Source: Felis catus (lineage: Eukaryota). Taken from it: 64,000 bases of DNA. The notes under the pieces were generated by a model. The model was not told the origin of the DNA. It was given only the letters and a program-made list of their open reading frames with translations, and made no database searches. Both the position numbers and the translations under genes were made by a program. Position 1 is the first letter of the stretch. Every line of letters begins with the position of its first letter. Location: NCBI RefSeq assembly GCF_018350175.1, contig NC_058368.1, positions 36,148,001 through 36,212,000 on the forward strand, read 5' to 3'. This document shows, piece after piece, positions 39,598 to 54,356 of the stretch.

Positions 39598-40349
39598 CAC
39601 CGTTTGAAAATAACTTACTTTCTAATAAGGCTTATTTCTAAGCAGAACTGAGTAATACAGAAACTCATGTCAATGGCCTCAACAAGCAATACAAACCACT
39701 GGATTAACCAACTCTTCCATTCAGACCTAGGTTGGGACCCTCTACTACACTGCATAGGTACAAAGTGATGCGCAGGTACAGATTTTAAGAGACCCCTGAA
39801 ATGTGGTTTACTTCAATGTATCAATGTATTGAGATATATGTAGGGAATTCATTAAATATCTATTATAAACACCAAACAGGAAATATACAGAACTCATAAT
39901 TGCAAAAAACCAGATGAGTAATTTGAATGAGGTTAATATTTTGTAGGTAGGGCATTAAAGTTTTCCCGCTTACAAAACAGATATTTATTAGCTGGCAATA
40001 TTTAGCTGAATAGATCTCAAAAATATTTATGCAGTTACCAAATCAAAACTTTGTCTGAAGAGTATTGTTGTTAAAGCTCTATTAATATCTTAACAGACAT
40101 TATAAATTAACTCATTTACAGTGCTACCTTCATATACATGTTTAACCACAGTTTTGCCTGGGGAAATTGGGAGTGGCAATATCAAAAACCAATTTTCTCT
40201 CAGTTAATTACTTTCTAATTAAAAACTCACCTTAATTGAACCACTGTGCTGTTTTACTGTGGGAGTCTGACTGGAACTAAAGATAGATTTTAGACACAAA
40301 AAAAATACTGCCAAAAAGAAACCCAGATCAAGGGGCTTTCAAAATAAGG

Positions 40350-40665
40350 ATTCTTCAGAAGGATCAAGGTCAGGAAAGATAAGGAAATGTCACTGATTGC
40401 AGGGGACTAAGGATACAGAGTAAACTAAATGCAAGGTGTGATCCGGGATTGGATCCTAGAAGAGAAAAAGCACAAGTAGAAAAACTGGCAAAATCTCAAT
40501 AATGTAATTTCATTAGTAGTGTACCAACATTTCTCAGTTCTAATAACTGAACTCAAGTTATAGAATGTGTTGGCATTTGAGGAAGTAGGGTGAAGGGCAT
40601 ATAAGAACGGTCTGTGCTCTTTTTGCAACCCTTCTATAAATCTAAGGTTGCTTCCAAGTAAAGCT
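40350..40665 (+). mobile_element. Ancient L1MC/MD 3' end
   Basis: taaatgcaaggtgtgatccgggattggatcct...tttttgcaac..ttctataaatctaa. Confidence 0.75.
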
Positions 40666-40841
40666 TTTCTAAGACTAAATTGAAATATTCATAAAACTTC
40701 TGTCATAAAAATAATTTTCAAAGTATGAAAAAAATGGAACATCCTTCATTCTTTAAAAAAATATTTTTAAGTCTACTAAATACAAAGAGCAAGTTTGCAG
40801 TATACTTGGCTACAATAAATACAGACTTGATTAAGGGGAAG

Positions 40842-40846
<5 letters not shown>

Positions 40847-40884
<38 letters not shown>
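40847..40884. repeat. (AC)n microsatellite
   Basis: Directly visible. Confidence 0.95.
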
Positions 40885-40886
<2 letters not shown>

Positions 40887-42979
40887 TCAAAACAAATATC
40901 TGGGACTACTAACAAAGACATAGGTATCAGAATTCCATTCCAAATCTAAAGATTAGGCACTCTTTGGAATTTTCCAAAACAAAATTCAAGCTGTTCGAAT
41001 TTCTGTTTTCATTCCAAATCTGCTCTGTAAACTGTCCTCATTCTTCCCACAAGCCTTTCTACATCTTTCACCAAGATTTAGTATTCCTAAATAATGGTTA
41101 AGTTCTTGCAGGCATCGTGCTAAACATTTATAAGCACTCTTACTACATTAACTGTCACTAATAACCCATGGGAGGTATGGAGCGGCTTCTCTATATTGAA
41201 GAGAGAATGGAGACTTCGGGAAATTCTTTCAGTTGACCATAGTCCTATGCTATTTGAACTGTGGTCTATCTACACTCATCATTCTTATTCCATTATTTAT
41301 CTCCATTTTCATCTAAAATCCCATTTCCTTTGGGGCTAATGCAATCGGACTTATCACTTATGTTGCCAACAACTTGTATTGACTCCTCTCCCATCCCATG
41401 CCTTGCCACCCAGTCTTCAGCTTCTCCACCACCAGCAATCTTTACTTCAACTTTGCTCAACCACAGTCTTCATGACTACACCTAGAACTTTTCATTATCT
41501 AAAAATGGTTCTACCTCAGGTATCATCATGTAATGCTCATGACTCTATTCTCAGACCCTCATTTTCTGTCTTTTCACTTGTCCTACTGCTGGACCACCAT
41601 AGTGTTGACCTCAAAATAAGACCTATTTCTTGATCCCCTCCATGTTCTCCTAAAGCAGGTTAATTCTATGGATCATCATTTCCTACATTTACAGAAAAGC
41701 CAACTCATTTTTCTTCTCACATTCCCTAAAGTATTTATTTCAAACTTGCCCTTCCCCAAGAGCTATGAAACTACCATTTCTACTATCATTTTCAGTAAGC
41801 AAATTTCAATTTCCTCTGTAAAAAGAAAACTTTCAATTTCTCGTTTCCCATATTACCAATTTATTTGCACACTAATCTTTCTGTATCAATTCTTGCATCC
41901 ATCCAAAGATAATTCCATTCATTTATGCTCTGGATCTCCTTTCCTCTCACCTCCTGAAAGGGCATTGCATATCAATTATCCTTTTTCAATTCTGTCTCAC
42001 TAAATTGTTCTCAGTTGGTTGGGTCTCAATATATAAACATGTTAATCCTTAATGGATTAAAATTAAAAGGAAAAAGCACCTTCCTTCAAACCTAGCTCTC
42101 CTTTATATATGGCTTCCTTTATTCTCCTTCACAGGTAACCTTTTAAAAAACTCTTTTCTACACCCGTTGCCACTTTGACAGTGCACAGACCACAGTGGAT
42201 TTCTTTTCCGATATTTGTTAAATATGTAAGATGTAACAAAATTTCCCAAACAGAGTTTGCTATTCCTGTTTAGGGACAAACTAGGAAACTGAGGTCATTT
42301 TCTGAAGGATGGAGCTGGAGCTAGAGATAATACTCACATCCCTAGCTGAGAATACGAACAAACAAGGTCCAGCCCCAGAGATGGATTCCTTAGGCAGTTC
42401 TAGTAACACAGGTATTCAAACATGGCCAAGCTGAAATCCACGATGTTTCCAGGGAGCACTAGCAGAATCACACACAACCTCAGTGACCTGGAACCAGGGT
42501 GGCATCTGGCCGAAGAGTGAACAGAGCTGAGATCTTACAGACTTCACTCAAATTGTGGGAGTTTCTGTGATGCACAGAGAGGAATGAAGGAATATACCTT
42601 CTCTAAACTGCATGAAGATACCAAATGGGTCAATAGCAGCCCTGACCTGGAAGCCAGGTGAAAGGAATATAGTCAAGTCAGCAGCTTTTAAAATACTGCA
42701 AGGGATTCTTCCTAAGTGTTGGATGGGGCCAGAAATTTCCACAAACAAGAAAGTCTGAAGTTTGCTACTATATTTTACACACCTTGACTCCATCCTAGAC
42801 TGACAAAATACTAATAAAAATAACTACTTTCCATGTTTTCTTGGCAAAACTGAGGTGAGGGTATGAAATAATCTTAATACTTCCTGCACATACATGCAAC
42901 TAGTGAGAGCACTAAGGAGCAATCGAGCGAAGAATGGCAAACAGAATGGACACATATTCCACCAAGTTACAAACATTTG

Positions 42980-43130
42980 ACTATTTTCATTCATGGATGT
43001 GGATTTTACAAGACAGCATGCTCATTAAATTTACATACATCAAGTGGAGTGGGATAGTTAACACCATGGAGAGTCAGATTAAATTTAAAATGATTGACTA
43101 TTCAGAGAATTAAGCGAATATGTACAAGCA
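42980..43130 (+). mobile_element. Possible CR1/L3 RT-region relic
   Basis: ctcattaaattt....gggatagttaacaccatggagagtcag resembles the CR1 LIKFADD.. coding region. Confidence 0.4.
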
Positions 43131-46100
43131 GCAAGTTGAAGAGGGTCAGGTTTGAGGCAATTCACCCAGAGAGGAAAAAGCAATTCACCCAGACAGGCAG
43201 AGGCATGACGAGATAGAAAATGGATGCTGCAAAGACAGGATCGTCATGGACCAAAACATTCATATTGATCAATAAGCATAATATCAGAAGGTAAAAACTG
43301 GAAGCACAGCAATAGCAAAGCAAACATTAATTCTTATTAAGTCAAAAGGAATCATCTCATTTGAATAGTGTATTAGATTTGTTTCATGGGTTAAAACCAA
43401 TAGAATTGTTCCTGGAAACAGTCTGTTTTGGTAACATTTTATCACGACAGCTATGAATTGGTTAAGCATTTTTAACAGGTCCACAAGATTCCCTAATTAC
43501 TTCTCCTGAGACTTCAGATCTCAACATTCTATAAGCACAATTTTACCCATTTCTTCTAAAAGTGTTCGTCTGTTCTTAACCACATTGGAATTCATCTTCC
43601 ATACCACATGTCAAAGGTCCTGGTAATGTTTATCCCTACACTAAGGTAGTATTTAGTGAAAGATTTCATGATCTTATTCCACGTCATTATAAACACTCAT
43701 AGTACACACAAACTGAATCTATCTAGTTCTGTAATTTGTTTTATTCTTAGGTTAGGTTTAGAAAACCTTTATGAGATAAATACCTTGGAAAAAAGAGCCC
43801 ACAATTAAGTGTATTACTACTTCATATTCAACATGTCCATAAATATGCTAACATTACAGAACAGCTTATCTTTCTTTTGACCATCATTTTTTACTATGTT
43901 CTTATACAGTAACCTTTTTTATATATAAATGTGATGGTAGAGAAGTTATATTTTTTGGTTTTCCCACTAGTAAGGCTGGATTTTCACTGTTCTAGCCACA
44001 GTATCTTTACTCAATCCCCATTAAAATTAATAGGAATTCAGATGGCTAGCTCATTAAAAGGATGGCAGGCATAAAACAGCATTTATCCAGAGACTGACAG
44101 AGAACTCACGTATAATGTTCGACCAAATACTCTAACTGAAGCTTATAGCAAGTATAAACTATCTTAATTTGAAACCAAATTTAAATCTGTCCTAGAGCCA
44201 TTATCAAAGAACAAAAAAAGAAGAAACTCATGCATTGCTTTTCTTCCATATACTTTAAGTTTTAGCCGAATAGACAAGAAATGAAATTAACATGCAGAGA
44301 GCTGCACAACTAATTTATTTTGAAATATCATCTTGCTGGAACTGTTCAAGCATATACCTAAGCATCTATAATCACAAACAATGGTTATGTGATCTTTTAG
44401 ATAAGAACACAGCTACTGATAAAAGTTTTTATTTGCTTTTCAACTTTTCTAAACAAATGGCTATTTCTTCACAAATTACATGAAGGATCGTCAGTGGACT
44501 GAAGATACAAAAGCCAACTTTTCTAGAGATGAAACAAGACTGAGAAAAAGCCTTCACAGCTGGAAAAGAACGGACTTGCACACTTCCCCATTGGTGAAAG
44601 AGCATGCTTAAACATTATCATAACACTTATTCTTTTTAAAATTCCCCTAACCATTTTTATTGGTTCAGTGAACTCCCACCAGGCAAAATCCAATGCTCCT
44701 AAATCATTTATTTTCTCACTTATCTGGATCCAAAGAGAAACAACTAGGCATTGACATTATTCCCCCCTGACAAACACAGCCAATGAATCAACTTGACAGT
44801 TGCCTTATACTTCTATACTCTTTTCTTCTTCCTCCTCCTCCAGCTTGGATTATTATTCCGATTGCTTTTAAACCACCTTTCCCTAAATTTTTCAATTTCT
44901 ACCTAAAGGAAAGGGAAACGGTAACAACTAATAGATCAAAATGAATCATTCCCATGCAACCACTCTCATTTTATCTGGCCAACCCTAAATATACTTATTA
45001 AGTTTTTAAGAAAAAATGCTCATGATAGAAGTAGATTTGTAAAGAATGCTAATACTTGAAATAAGCTAACTGCTAGTAGCAATCTATAGCAGTCAATAAA
45101 CAGAGAATTAACACAAAAGAGTCTTTGTTGGTTTCTCTTTTCATTCCAATTCCTGGGTAAGATATCACTTACACATCCAACACAATAGGTATTCATTTAA
45201 TATGACTAAAGAAAGAGCTATGTATAAACCCTTAACACGAAGGATTAAGGAGAAAAAAAAAATGACAGGGAAAGAAAAAGGATAAACTGTCCTTCACAAG
45301 TACCCACAGAGAGGAATAGAGTTAGCAAGATGAACATTCCTCCCACCAGCTGTACCATTTAAGTATCAAATATATTAGGTGGTTATACTTGACTTTTTAC
45401 TTGATTTTATACTTTTATACTTGACCACATAGGTGGTCACACTTGATTTTATCAGTTCACCTGAGCTCTTCTTTCTTCGTTTGGACCTTAGGTTTCAAAT
45501 ACATCTGAATAAAGCCAATAAGGACAAAAAGACATCTCAATATTTAACTGTCCGTGTACTAATTTCTATCATGTCATTGCTTAAACATGTGTTTACCAAG
45601 GTAGAAACAAACTCCGCAATACATGCAATATGCACCATGAGGGCACTAGGGAGATGGATATGAATCAAGTTAAATATCCATAGTCCACTGAAATATAGTT
45701 TTTAGAAAAAGTTTTTATACCAAAATTCTCATTAAAGAAGTTCTTCTAGTTCTCATAAATCAACAAGTAAAACAGAAATACCAGGGTCACTCATTTAGTC
45801 AGTAATAGAGGAAATACTCTGTTTAATTTAAAAAAAAAAAAAAAATCAGGGGTCAAATATCTACCCTAAGGGAAGGCCAGTCTAGTGAGGAGCTAACCTT
45901 AACTCTAGTCACTGAAATACAAAACGAAAAGAGACCTCTACTAAACACTTTAGTAACAGAAAAATAGAACATATTAATTTGTTTTCTAGGGTTTTTAGAA
46001 AAAATCTTTATGAAACTGATCGTGTTTCACCTTCACTTTGACAGCAGAAGAGGACACTGTTAAGAAAGTGGAGCCCTTACTGGGTAGGTACATAGAAATT

Positions 46101-46249
46101 GTGAGAGTAGCTTCTCAGTTCCCTAACTCAGAGGTTATTGTGTTTGGAATGAAATCTCAGATTTGAAAAACATTTAGAACTTTCAAGTACATGGTTTTAA
46201 CCTTTTTTTTATTATTATTGTAGAATTCTACTCAATATAATAAAGGAGT

Positions 46250-47800
46250 AAGAAACAAGTTTTTCACAAATATTCTGATTGGACACAAAAAATACGAGGC
46301 ATTCAACAAACAGAAACTAATGAGAATTCCATAATGTTACTAGATACCAAAATTCATCAACAGAAACTGACAATATTAGTTAAAAGATTTTTTACAGCTA
46401 GTTATATATTAGAAATAAACTAAAGAATAAACCTAATAGAAGATGTGCAAGCCCCATAGGGAGAAAAACCATAAATGTTTACATTTAGGAACTGAAAATC
46501 TAAATAGAGATAACATACAATATTCACAGATGGAAAAACTTAATATCACAAAAGTATCCACTTTGCCTAAATCAGTAAATTCACTGAAATTCCAATCAAG
46601 AACCCAACAGGGTTTATAGTGTAACTTAACTGATTCTAAAATTAATATAAAAACACAAAGTCTCAAGAATAGCCAAGACGATTTTGAATCGAGGGAGGGG
46701 GGGTCTTAGATACTAAGGCTTATTATACAGCTATAGTAATTAAGACAATGGATGTAAGTGAGAGCCAGACAAATAGACAAATGGACAAAATCAAGCCTCC
46801 AAAACAAACCCACATATGTGCAAAAACTTGATGTTTACCACTGGAGGTATTACAAATGAAGGATAAGAAGGACTATTAAATCAATGCTGCTAGAAAAACC
46901 AGTTATCCATGTAGAAAAAAAAAAAACTGGATCCATATCATATAGACATAAAGATACAGAATCCTGAAATACAGAACAGATTTATGATGTCAGGATAGAG
47001 AAGGATTTCTTAAATATACAAAAAGCAAAGACCATAAAAGATGGATAAATTGGACCATAGTGAATTTTCCATTTCTGTAGTCTAATCCATCTACCCCTAA
47101 AGAAAGTAAAAAGACAAGACTCAGCCTGGGACAAGATATTTTACAGCTTATAAACAGATACAAACATAAATCCAGATAGGTGACAAATTCTACAATTAAA
47201 AAAAAAAAAAAAAGACAAAAAAACCCCAGTTACAAAACAGGCAAAGGATATCAACAAGTAATTTACAAAATAAACCAAAGGGCCAATAAATGTGTGAAGA
47301 GATATTCAAAATTCTTATGACCATTGAAAACTGACTTGTTTAAAGTATGAGGTAACCTGTTTACAACTCACAGATTTACACAATTAAAAAGTTTTATAGT
47401 ACCAATTCAAATTCAGAGACCTACAAATTAACCAAGAGGAATCTTCAAAATGTCAAATTCATAAAATACAAGGAGAGACTGAGGACTATTTCAGAACAAA
47501 GGAAATGTTAAAAATTTGACAGCTGAATGAAACACAGGATTCTACACTACACTCTTCTTCTATAAAGACCATTTTTGGTATTACTGAGGATTAGTTGATA
47601 GAAAATGATCACTGTTAACTTCCTGACTTAGGTGGTTAGAAGGATGTCCTTATTTGTAGGGACTAATACTAAAGAATACTAAAGAATTAAGAGATTATGG
47701 GGCATGGAGTCAGCAACTTACCACCAAATGGTTAGGAAAAAACTTTCTATGCATTGGTCATTATTATACAGAAAAAGTTTAACATAGGAATGAAACCATC
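46250..47800 (+). mobile_element. Ancient L1M ORF2 and 3' fragments
   Basis: A-rich degenerate ORF2 motifs (aattccaatcaagaaccca; aagaatagccaagacgatttt; gctatagtaattaagaca) followed by an L1MC-like 3' UTR. Confidence 0.8.
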
Positions 47801-48999
47801 AGGTTCAGGTTAATGTTCACCTTTGGGAATTAAGGGAAAAAATGGAATGAAGAGTATACAAGGTACTTCAATTATATCTGTGGTGGTGGTTGTTAGATTG
47901 TGTTCCATTTTTTGTGTATTTGATTCAACATTACACAGTGAAAACTGTTTCAAAATCAAACTGTGAATACCTTTACTACTACCTACATCTCCCTACATTA
48001 GAAGCCAATATATGTGTTAAACAGGTCATCTAAGCTCTTAATACCAGCAGACACCTCAAGCACATACTTAAGGGATAATGATGGCGTTTTATAAATGTGC
48101 TCTCTACTACATTAGATAAAGGCTGACAAACATCTTCCCAAGAAACGATTAGGCCATCAATACTCAAACTTAAGTACTTTGTGCAATCTTAGGGGACCAT
48201 TTCTTCCATACTTACAAATGATGACAGGAAATCCAGAATTTGAAAACTTTGTCAGAATAATTTTATCATCATTGGCACTGATTTAATGCCTGTTAATGAT
48301 CACATCTAGATAGAGGACCATTCTTGCATAGCTTTCATTCTCTCAGAGAGAAGATATCAAAACAAACAAGAAGAGATGAATGCATAAAATTTCTCTTCCT
48401 ATTCATTTTAAGGTTTTTTTCTAATTTGGAAAACTGGCAATTAAAGCTAATTTCCATCTAGACATAGAATTACAGGTAAAAAGAAATGTGGGATCTTAGA
48501 AATCTTAAAGGTTAGGAAAATGCACTTAATAGGCAATTGTTTAAGATAAACCAGTTGAATGCTGCTGCATGGGTTTAATCTAGTGGGAAGACCTATCGGA
48601 GTAACAAAGGATAAGTTCTACAAGGGATTTATACACAAGCAGCTGTGAGGCAGGTTTAATGAGTGCTAGGTCTGATAGGACATGGGAAAGAGTCTGAGAG
48701 GAGTCATGTCTGGGCCAGGATTTACAGTAATGAATAGCAGTCATGGAAGGGTGGCTGGAAGGCCAGTGCATTAGCCCGGGGAAGAGGTAATGAAAGGTTC
48801 AACAGAGGACAAACAAACTCAGGGCCTAAGAAGGACAGAAATGAATGGATGTGACCAATGCCTGAGGGGGATCAGAAAAGATTCCCAGATCTCAGTGTGG
48901 GCTCCTGAGAGAGAACTAAGCAAGGAGCAGTTTGGTGGGGTATTTTTCGTTTTGTTTAAAAGAACACGACAGAAAGGGGAGGTCAACACAATGGGAACA

Positions 49000-49927
49000 T
49001 AGGTCATTACCAACATCAGTACCCCCTACAAAGGCCATTAACTATTCATAGGCAAGACAGCACTGTGAAAATCCCAGAAACCAGGAGTAAAGGTGAAACA
49101 TGCCCCCAACTGAAGAGATAGATAAAGACAGTATTAGAATCACATAAACAGGACACCTAAAGGAAACCAAGTTCGTTCCAGTAACTGATCCTAAAGAAGT
49201 AGAGGTCTATCAACTGGCCAAAAACGGAGAATAATCCTCTGTAAAGAGTTAAGAGTTCTTCAAGGGGCACCTGGGTGGCTTAGTCAGCTGGGCATCTGAC
49301 TCTTGATGTGGGCCTAGGTCATGATACCAGGGTGGTAGGATTGAACCCCACATTGGACCCAGTGCTAAGCATGGAAGCTGCTTAGGATTTTCTTTGCCTT
49401 GTTCACTCTGGCCCTTTCCCCCACATGCTCTCGCTCTTAAAAAAAAAAAAAAAAAATTCTACAAAAACAGACAACTAAATGAAATTAGAAGGTATATAAG
49501 CAAAATTAGTTCAAAGAACTAAAACCATCAAAAAAAAAAAAAGGCGAAGTCAATATATTCAAAGGTCAGTCATTTGAAATTATCTACTCAAAGGAGCAAA
49601 AAGAAAATAAAAAATACCTATGGGACATCAACAAGAGAAACAAAATATCCACTGTGGAAATCTCCAGAGAAAAGAGAAAGGTACAGAAAGTCTCAAGTGA
49701 TAATGGCTGAAAACTTCCCTAACTTGGGGTGAGAAATAGACATCCAGATTCAAAAGGTCCAAGGACTTCCAAAAAAGTTGAACCCAAAAGGGGCTACGCT
49801 GAGACACATTATAATTAAATGGCCAAAAGTAACAAAGAATTTGGAAAGCCTGAAGGGACTAGTCACAAATAAGGGAGCCCCTGAGACTATTAGCAGATTA
49901 CCCTGCAATATATTTATATATATGTAC

Positions 49928-49986
<59 letters not shown>

Positions 49987-50110
49987 TACATCTATATATA
50001 GATTTATATTTATATATAGATTTATATATATAAATAAAGGAGATTATATACATAATACGTATATAACACAATGTTAGATGTCAACTATATCTCAATAAAG
50101 TTGGAAAAAT
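49000..50110 (+). mobile_element. Old L1 fragments: 5'/ORF1 region, then (TA)n tract, then 3' terminus
   Basis: taatggctgaaaacttccctaac...gacatccagattca...gagacacattataattaa (ORF1); tgtcaactatatctcaataaa (3' end). Confidence 0.75.
49264..49456 (+). mobile_element. Can-SINE (older) inserted in L1
   Basis: ggggcacctgggtggctt head and poly(A). Confidence 0.9.
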
Positions 50111-50838
50111 ATCAAAAGAAACTGATGAGGTCAGTTTCTGGTTTCTTGAGGTGTGTATCTTTTACAGAGTTTGATTATAGCTGCTCTTCTGAAGACACAG
50201 CAAAACATCAGACTACTGGGGAGATGCCAACATAAAAGGGCTCCCATCCCCCATGAGAAATGTGTAGGGAACCAAAGAGGATGAAGAAAAAGCAAGAGGG
50301 CCAGAGGCAATACCTTGAAGAAATACAAATCAGAAAAAGAAACCTGGAAACTGGTAAAAACGGGCCAGAGAAGAGGAAAATCCGAAGTAAAGGAGTGTCA
50401 TGGTAGCTAAAGGAAAAAGTAATGCAGACAGGAGGGAGTGGTCAGCAGTATTACAGGTAAAATCGGATGACTAGGAGGGCACTTACAGTTAGGAGAATAG
50501 CAAAAACTACCAATTATCGGTAAGAAGAGCCAAAGTAGTTTATACTTTACAGAGGACAGACTCTGAAGGGAACAAAGCAAAAGACAGGAGTGAGGGGCAA
50601 AGAATACATGAGCTTCCCATGGACAAGATGTGGATCCCAGGGAAGCAGCAGCCCTGGGCCATCAGAGAGGTGCTGTGTCCTGAAGGCGACTCCAGCAGAG
50701 GAATGGGCTCATGGAAAACTGGGCAGAAGGCCAAAGGAGACATCACCAGTGACAAGGGAATTATAGGTGAAACTGGAGGGCAGGTGGGCACAAAAATGCC
50801 ACAGGAGAAAGCAATCGGCATTTGTAATCTCCTATACC

Positions 50839-51635
50839 TGTAACAGGCAAAATCATGCCCTAATCTCTGGATCCTACAAATAAGTTCTATTACACGGCAA
50901 AGGAGACTTTGCAGATGTAACATTATTTTGAGTTATCTGGGTGAGAACACAATCTAATACATGAGCCCTTAAAAGCAGACAACTCTCTGGGGCGCCTGGG
51001 TGGCGCAGTCGGTTAAGCGTCCGACTTCAGCCAGGTCACGATCTCGCGGTCCGTGAGTTCGAGCCCCGCGTCGGGCTCTGGGCTGATGGCTCAGAGCCTG
51101 GAGCCTGTTTCCGATTCTGTGTCTCCCTCTCTCTCTGCCGCTCCCCCGTTCATGCTCTGTCTCTCTCTGTCCCAAAAATAAATAAATGTTGAAAAAAATA
51201 AAAAAAATTAAAAAAAAAAAAGCAGACAACTCTGTATAGATGGAGACAAGAGGTGACACAGAAGGGAAGTCCTAGAAATTCTAAGCAGCAGATGGATTTG
51301 ATGTAACGGAGAGACAGAGGCCCACACGAAAGATAGGAAAGAGGCCTCTGGAAGCTAAGGCAGCCCCCAGAGGATAGTCAGCAAAGAAACCAGGACCTCA
51401 ATCCTACAATAGCAAGGAACTGGATTCTGCCACCATGAACTTGGAAAAGGTTCTTCCCAAAGCATCGATAAGAGCCCAGCCATCACATACTGATTTTGGC
51501 CTTGTGAAACCAGAGAGGGCAGCTGAGCCAACCTGGACTTCTGACCCACAGAACTATGAGACAGAATATTGGTGTCTTAAAGCCACACATCTGTGAAATT
51601 GTGTAAATTGTTACAGCAGCAATAAAAACTAACAT
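50839..51635 (+). mobile_element. MaLR LTR (MLT1D/E-like) interrupted by a SINE
   Basis: cacggcaaaggagactttgcagatgtaa...caaggaactggattctgcc...ttgttacagcagcaataaaaactaaca. Confidence 0.85.
50989..51217 (+). mobile_element. Young feline Can-SINE (SINEC_Fc-like)
   Basis: TSD aaaagcagacaactct at 50971-50986 and 51218-51233. Confidence 0.97.
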
Positions 51636-52007
51636 TACCCAGGGCACCACTGCCAGATTATCAACACCCGAGGCCTGAAGCATCTTCTTATTCCTCCTTT
51701 CCTCACCTCCCATCAAGTCCTGGAGGAGACAGATGCAGGCTGGAGAGTAGAGCACGGAAAAGTAAGGTAGGAAAATGGAAGAGACCAACCTTGCTCCCCA
51801 ACAGCAGCCCGCACTGGAGACTACAAGTGGAGCCAGCCTGAAAAGGGGCAAGAGGGAAACTTCTTCTGGATGAAAATTGTTTGCATTAAACTAGGATTTT
51901 TTTCTGTTTAATCTGAAAGCCAACAGAAAGCTCTGGGACCTGCCTGGGATTTCATCTAGGGGAAAGAAAGAATAAGCCAGGAGACTGGTTTAAAGAGCCA
52001 AGAGCCA

Positions 52008-52250
52008 GGGGCGCCTGGGTGACGCAGTCGGTTAAGCGTCCGACTTCAGCCAGGTCATGATCTCGCGGTCCGTGAGTTCGAGCCCCGCGTGGGGCTCTGG
52101 GCTGATGGCTCAGAGCCTGGAGCCTGTTTCCGATTCTGTGTCTCCCTCTCTCTCTGCCCCTCCCCCATTCATGCTCTGTCTCTCTCTGTCCCAAAAATAA
52201 ATAAACGTTGAAAAAAAAATTTAAAAAAAATAAAAATAAAAAAAATAAAA
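52008..52250 (+). mobile_element. Young feline Can-SINE (SINEC_Fc-like)
   Basis: TSD taaagagccaagagc at 51991-52005 and 52251-52265. Confidence 0.97.
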
Positions 52251-54356
52251 TAAAGAGCCAAGAGCTAGAATGAACGAGTCACTTTCAGCTTGTACCTACC
52301 ATGCTGAACTCATTCAAAAACCAGTTAACATAGACCCACAGTGAGTTCAAGAGTGAACACTGAAACTTGATTTCTAGAAATTAAAGTTGTATACACAAGG
52401 ATGTTAACACAGCTATTTTACAAACCTAGATTCATAGAGAAACCAATATGGGCTTTCAGGTAACAATTCTACTTTTACCAAAAGACAAATGGGAGAAAGA
52501 GCTATTAAGTAGTCTAAGTATTCATCACTACTTAAAAAACAAAAACAAAAAACAACAACAACAACAAAAAAAACCACTAAAACTATTACCTAGAGACCAA
52601 GTAAATCCTCTCCAATATAAAAGTAAAATGAGTACAAATATTGAAGTATTACCCTGTACCTCCTCATTAAATAATCAAGTCAGCACACTATCTTAAGAAA
52701 AAAAGGCTCTGTAAAAACAGTTTTTACTTCATGTGAAAATTACTTCAATACCTTTGATAAGGTTAAATAAGGCTTTAAAAATTGCACAATGTCAAAACTA
52801 AGAATTTAGATGCAAATTTTCAATGGTAGGAAGCCCCTGTAGGTGCAAAGGCCAAGATATTAAGATTATAGATTCGATGTGGCTTCTTCAGAAGAATACT
52901 CATACTACAGAGAGGTAGGTGCAAGTTAAAAAAAAAAAAAAAAAAATCAAACCCAACCCTGCATCTAGCATTCTCTACAGACACAGGAACAGCTTTAAAT
53001 TTGTCAAAAATAAGGTACCCTGAAAAGCCTGAGAAATATCACTCATTACATTTAAAGAAGGGAAAAGACCCTTCTCAGCTTCAGAACCATCAGTGGATTC
53101 TACCCCCACAATGTATTGTGATGTGGTCAAGCAAGGAGAAAGGAAAGACAAGAACCCAGTCCTCACTTTAAGATGACCTTAGTTCTGACAAACTCGTTTA
53201 TTAGCAAATTGGGCAGCCCTGACCCATCAACAATTTCATTTGACTTCTGCTGAGTAAAAGGAGTTTGATTGCAAACGATCTTCTGCCAACAGGGATACCT
53301 GTTTAAGATTTAACAAGTGATCAGGCCCAGTTATTAAATATGTATTCTATAAACATTCCAAAGATGTCAATATCCCTCTGCCCTATACATAACTACAAAC
53401 TGATAGTCTTACACTTCTCCTAAGAATAACTGAAAAACAGTTCAAGTAATCATGTTCAGTACAGAATGCCACTGACTATATTCAGTACTTTCTAGGTAGC
53501 TGTACTTTTAATGGCTTATGGTGATAAAATGTGGCCTTGTAAACATCTAACATCAATAGCCTACTCAGTCTGCTTACTCAGATGGCACCAGCAATTATGA
53601 TCAAAAAGAAAAATTTCTTCAAAGTAGTCACAAGGAAATGAAAAAAAGTACCATTCTAGAATCTCATAGGTAATTTATATGCATGGTTCCACATACACTA
53701 CATGGGATGAAGGAGTAGCTAAGGGCACTTTATTATCTTGAGCCCTCAAAGGTAATATTGAAGAGAACTACCTTTATACAAGCCTCATTAACAGAGGCAA
53801 AGGCTAGGAAAAAAAAAAAAAAAAAAGTGCCTGCTTTGGCAACACATGTCCTAAATCTGGAAAAAAAAATTTTTTTCAAAGCTGAAATTATATCAACTCA
53901 TGGGAACAAAAGACTTAATAAGGAGTTATACATGTGTAGTTAATTAAAACCAAAATTAGCACTTCACCAAGAGCTGACATAACAGGAAATAATGTCCCAA
54001 GCCTACAGTTCATGTAAAACAATACTAACAAAACGTATGCTCAGTGACGAAAAGTTAGTAATCACTAACACTGTAATTCTTCACTTATGGAGACACAAAC
54101 TAGGCATGCTCTCTTTCTGGGGCCTTCTGAAGCTCCATGTATAATGCTGGACACAAATACTTGAAGAATAGAAAATAAGGCAGTATAATAGTAAATATTT
54201 TGTTGATTCTAGTTGAGTAATAAAGAGGACCAACTATTAACTTTCTCAAATTTCAAACACATCTTACACTCTAAAGTAAATAAGTACATTTCCCTAAGAA
54301 GTAACAAGACTGTCAAAACCAGTAAGTGAAATAAATATAAAATAAACCCAGACTGG

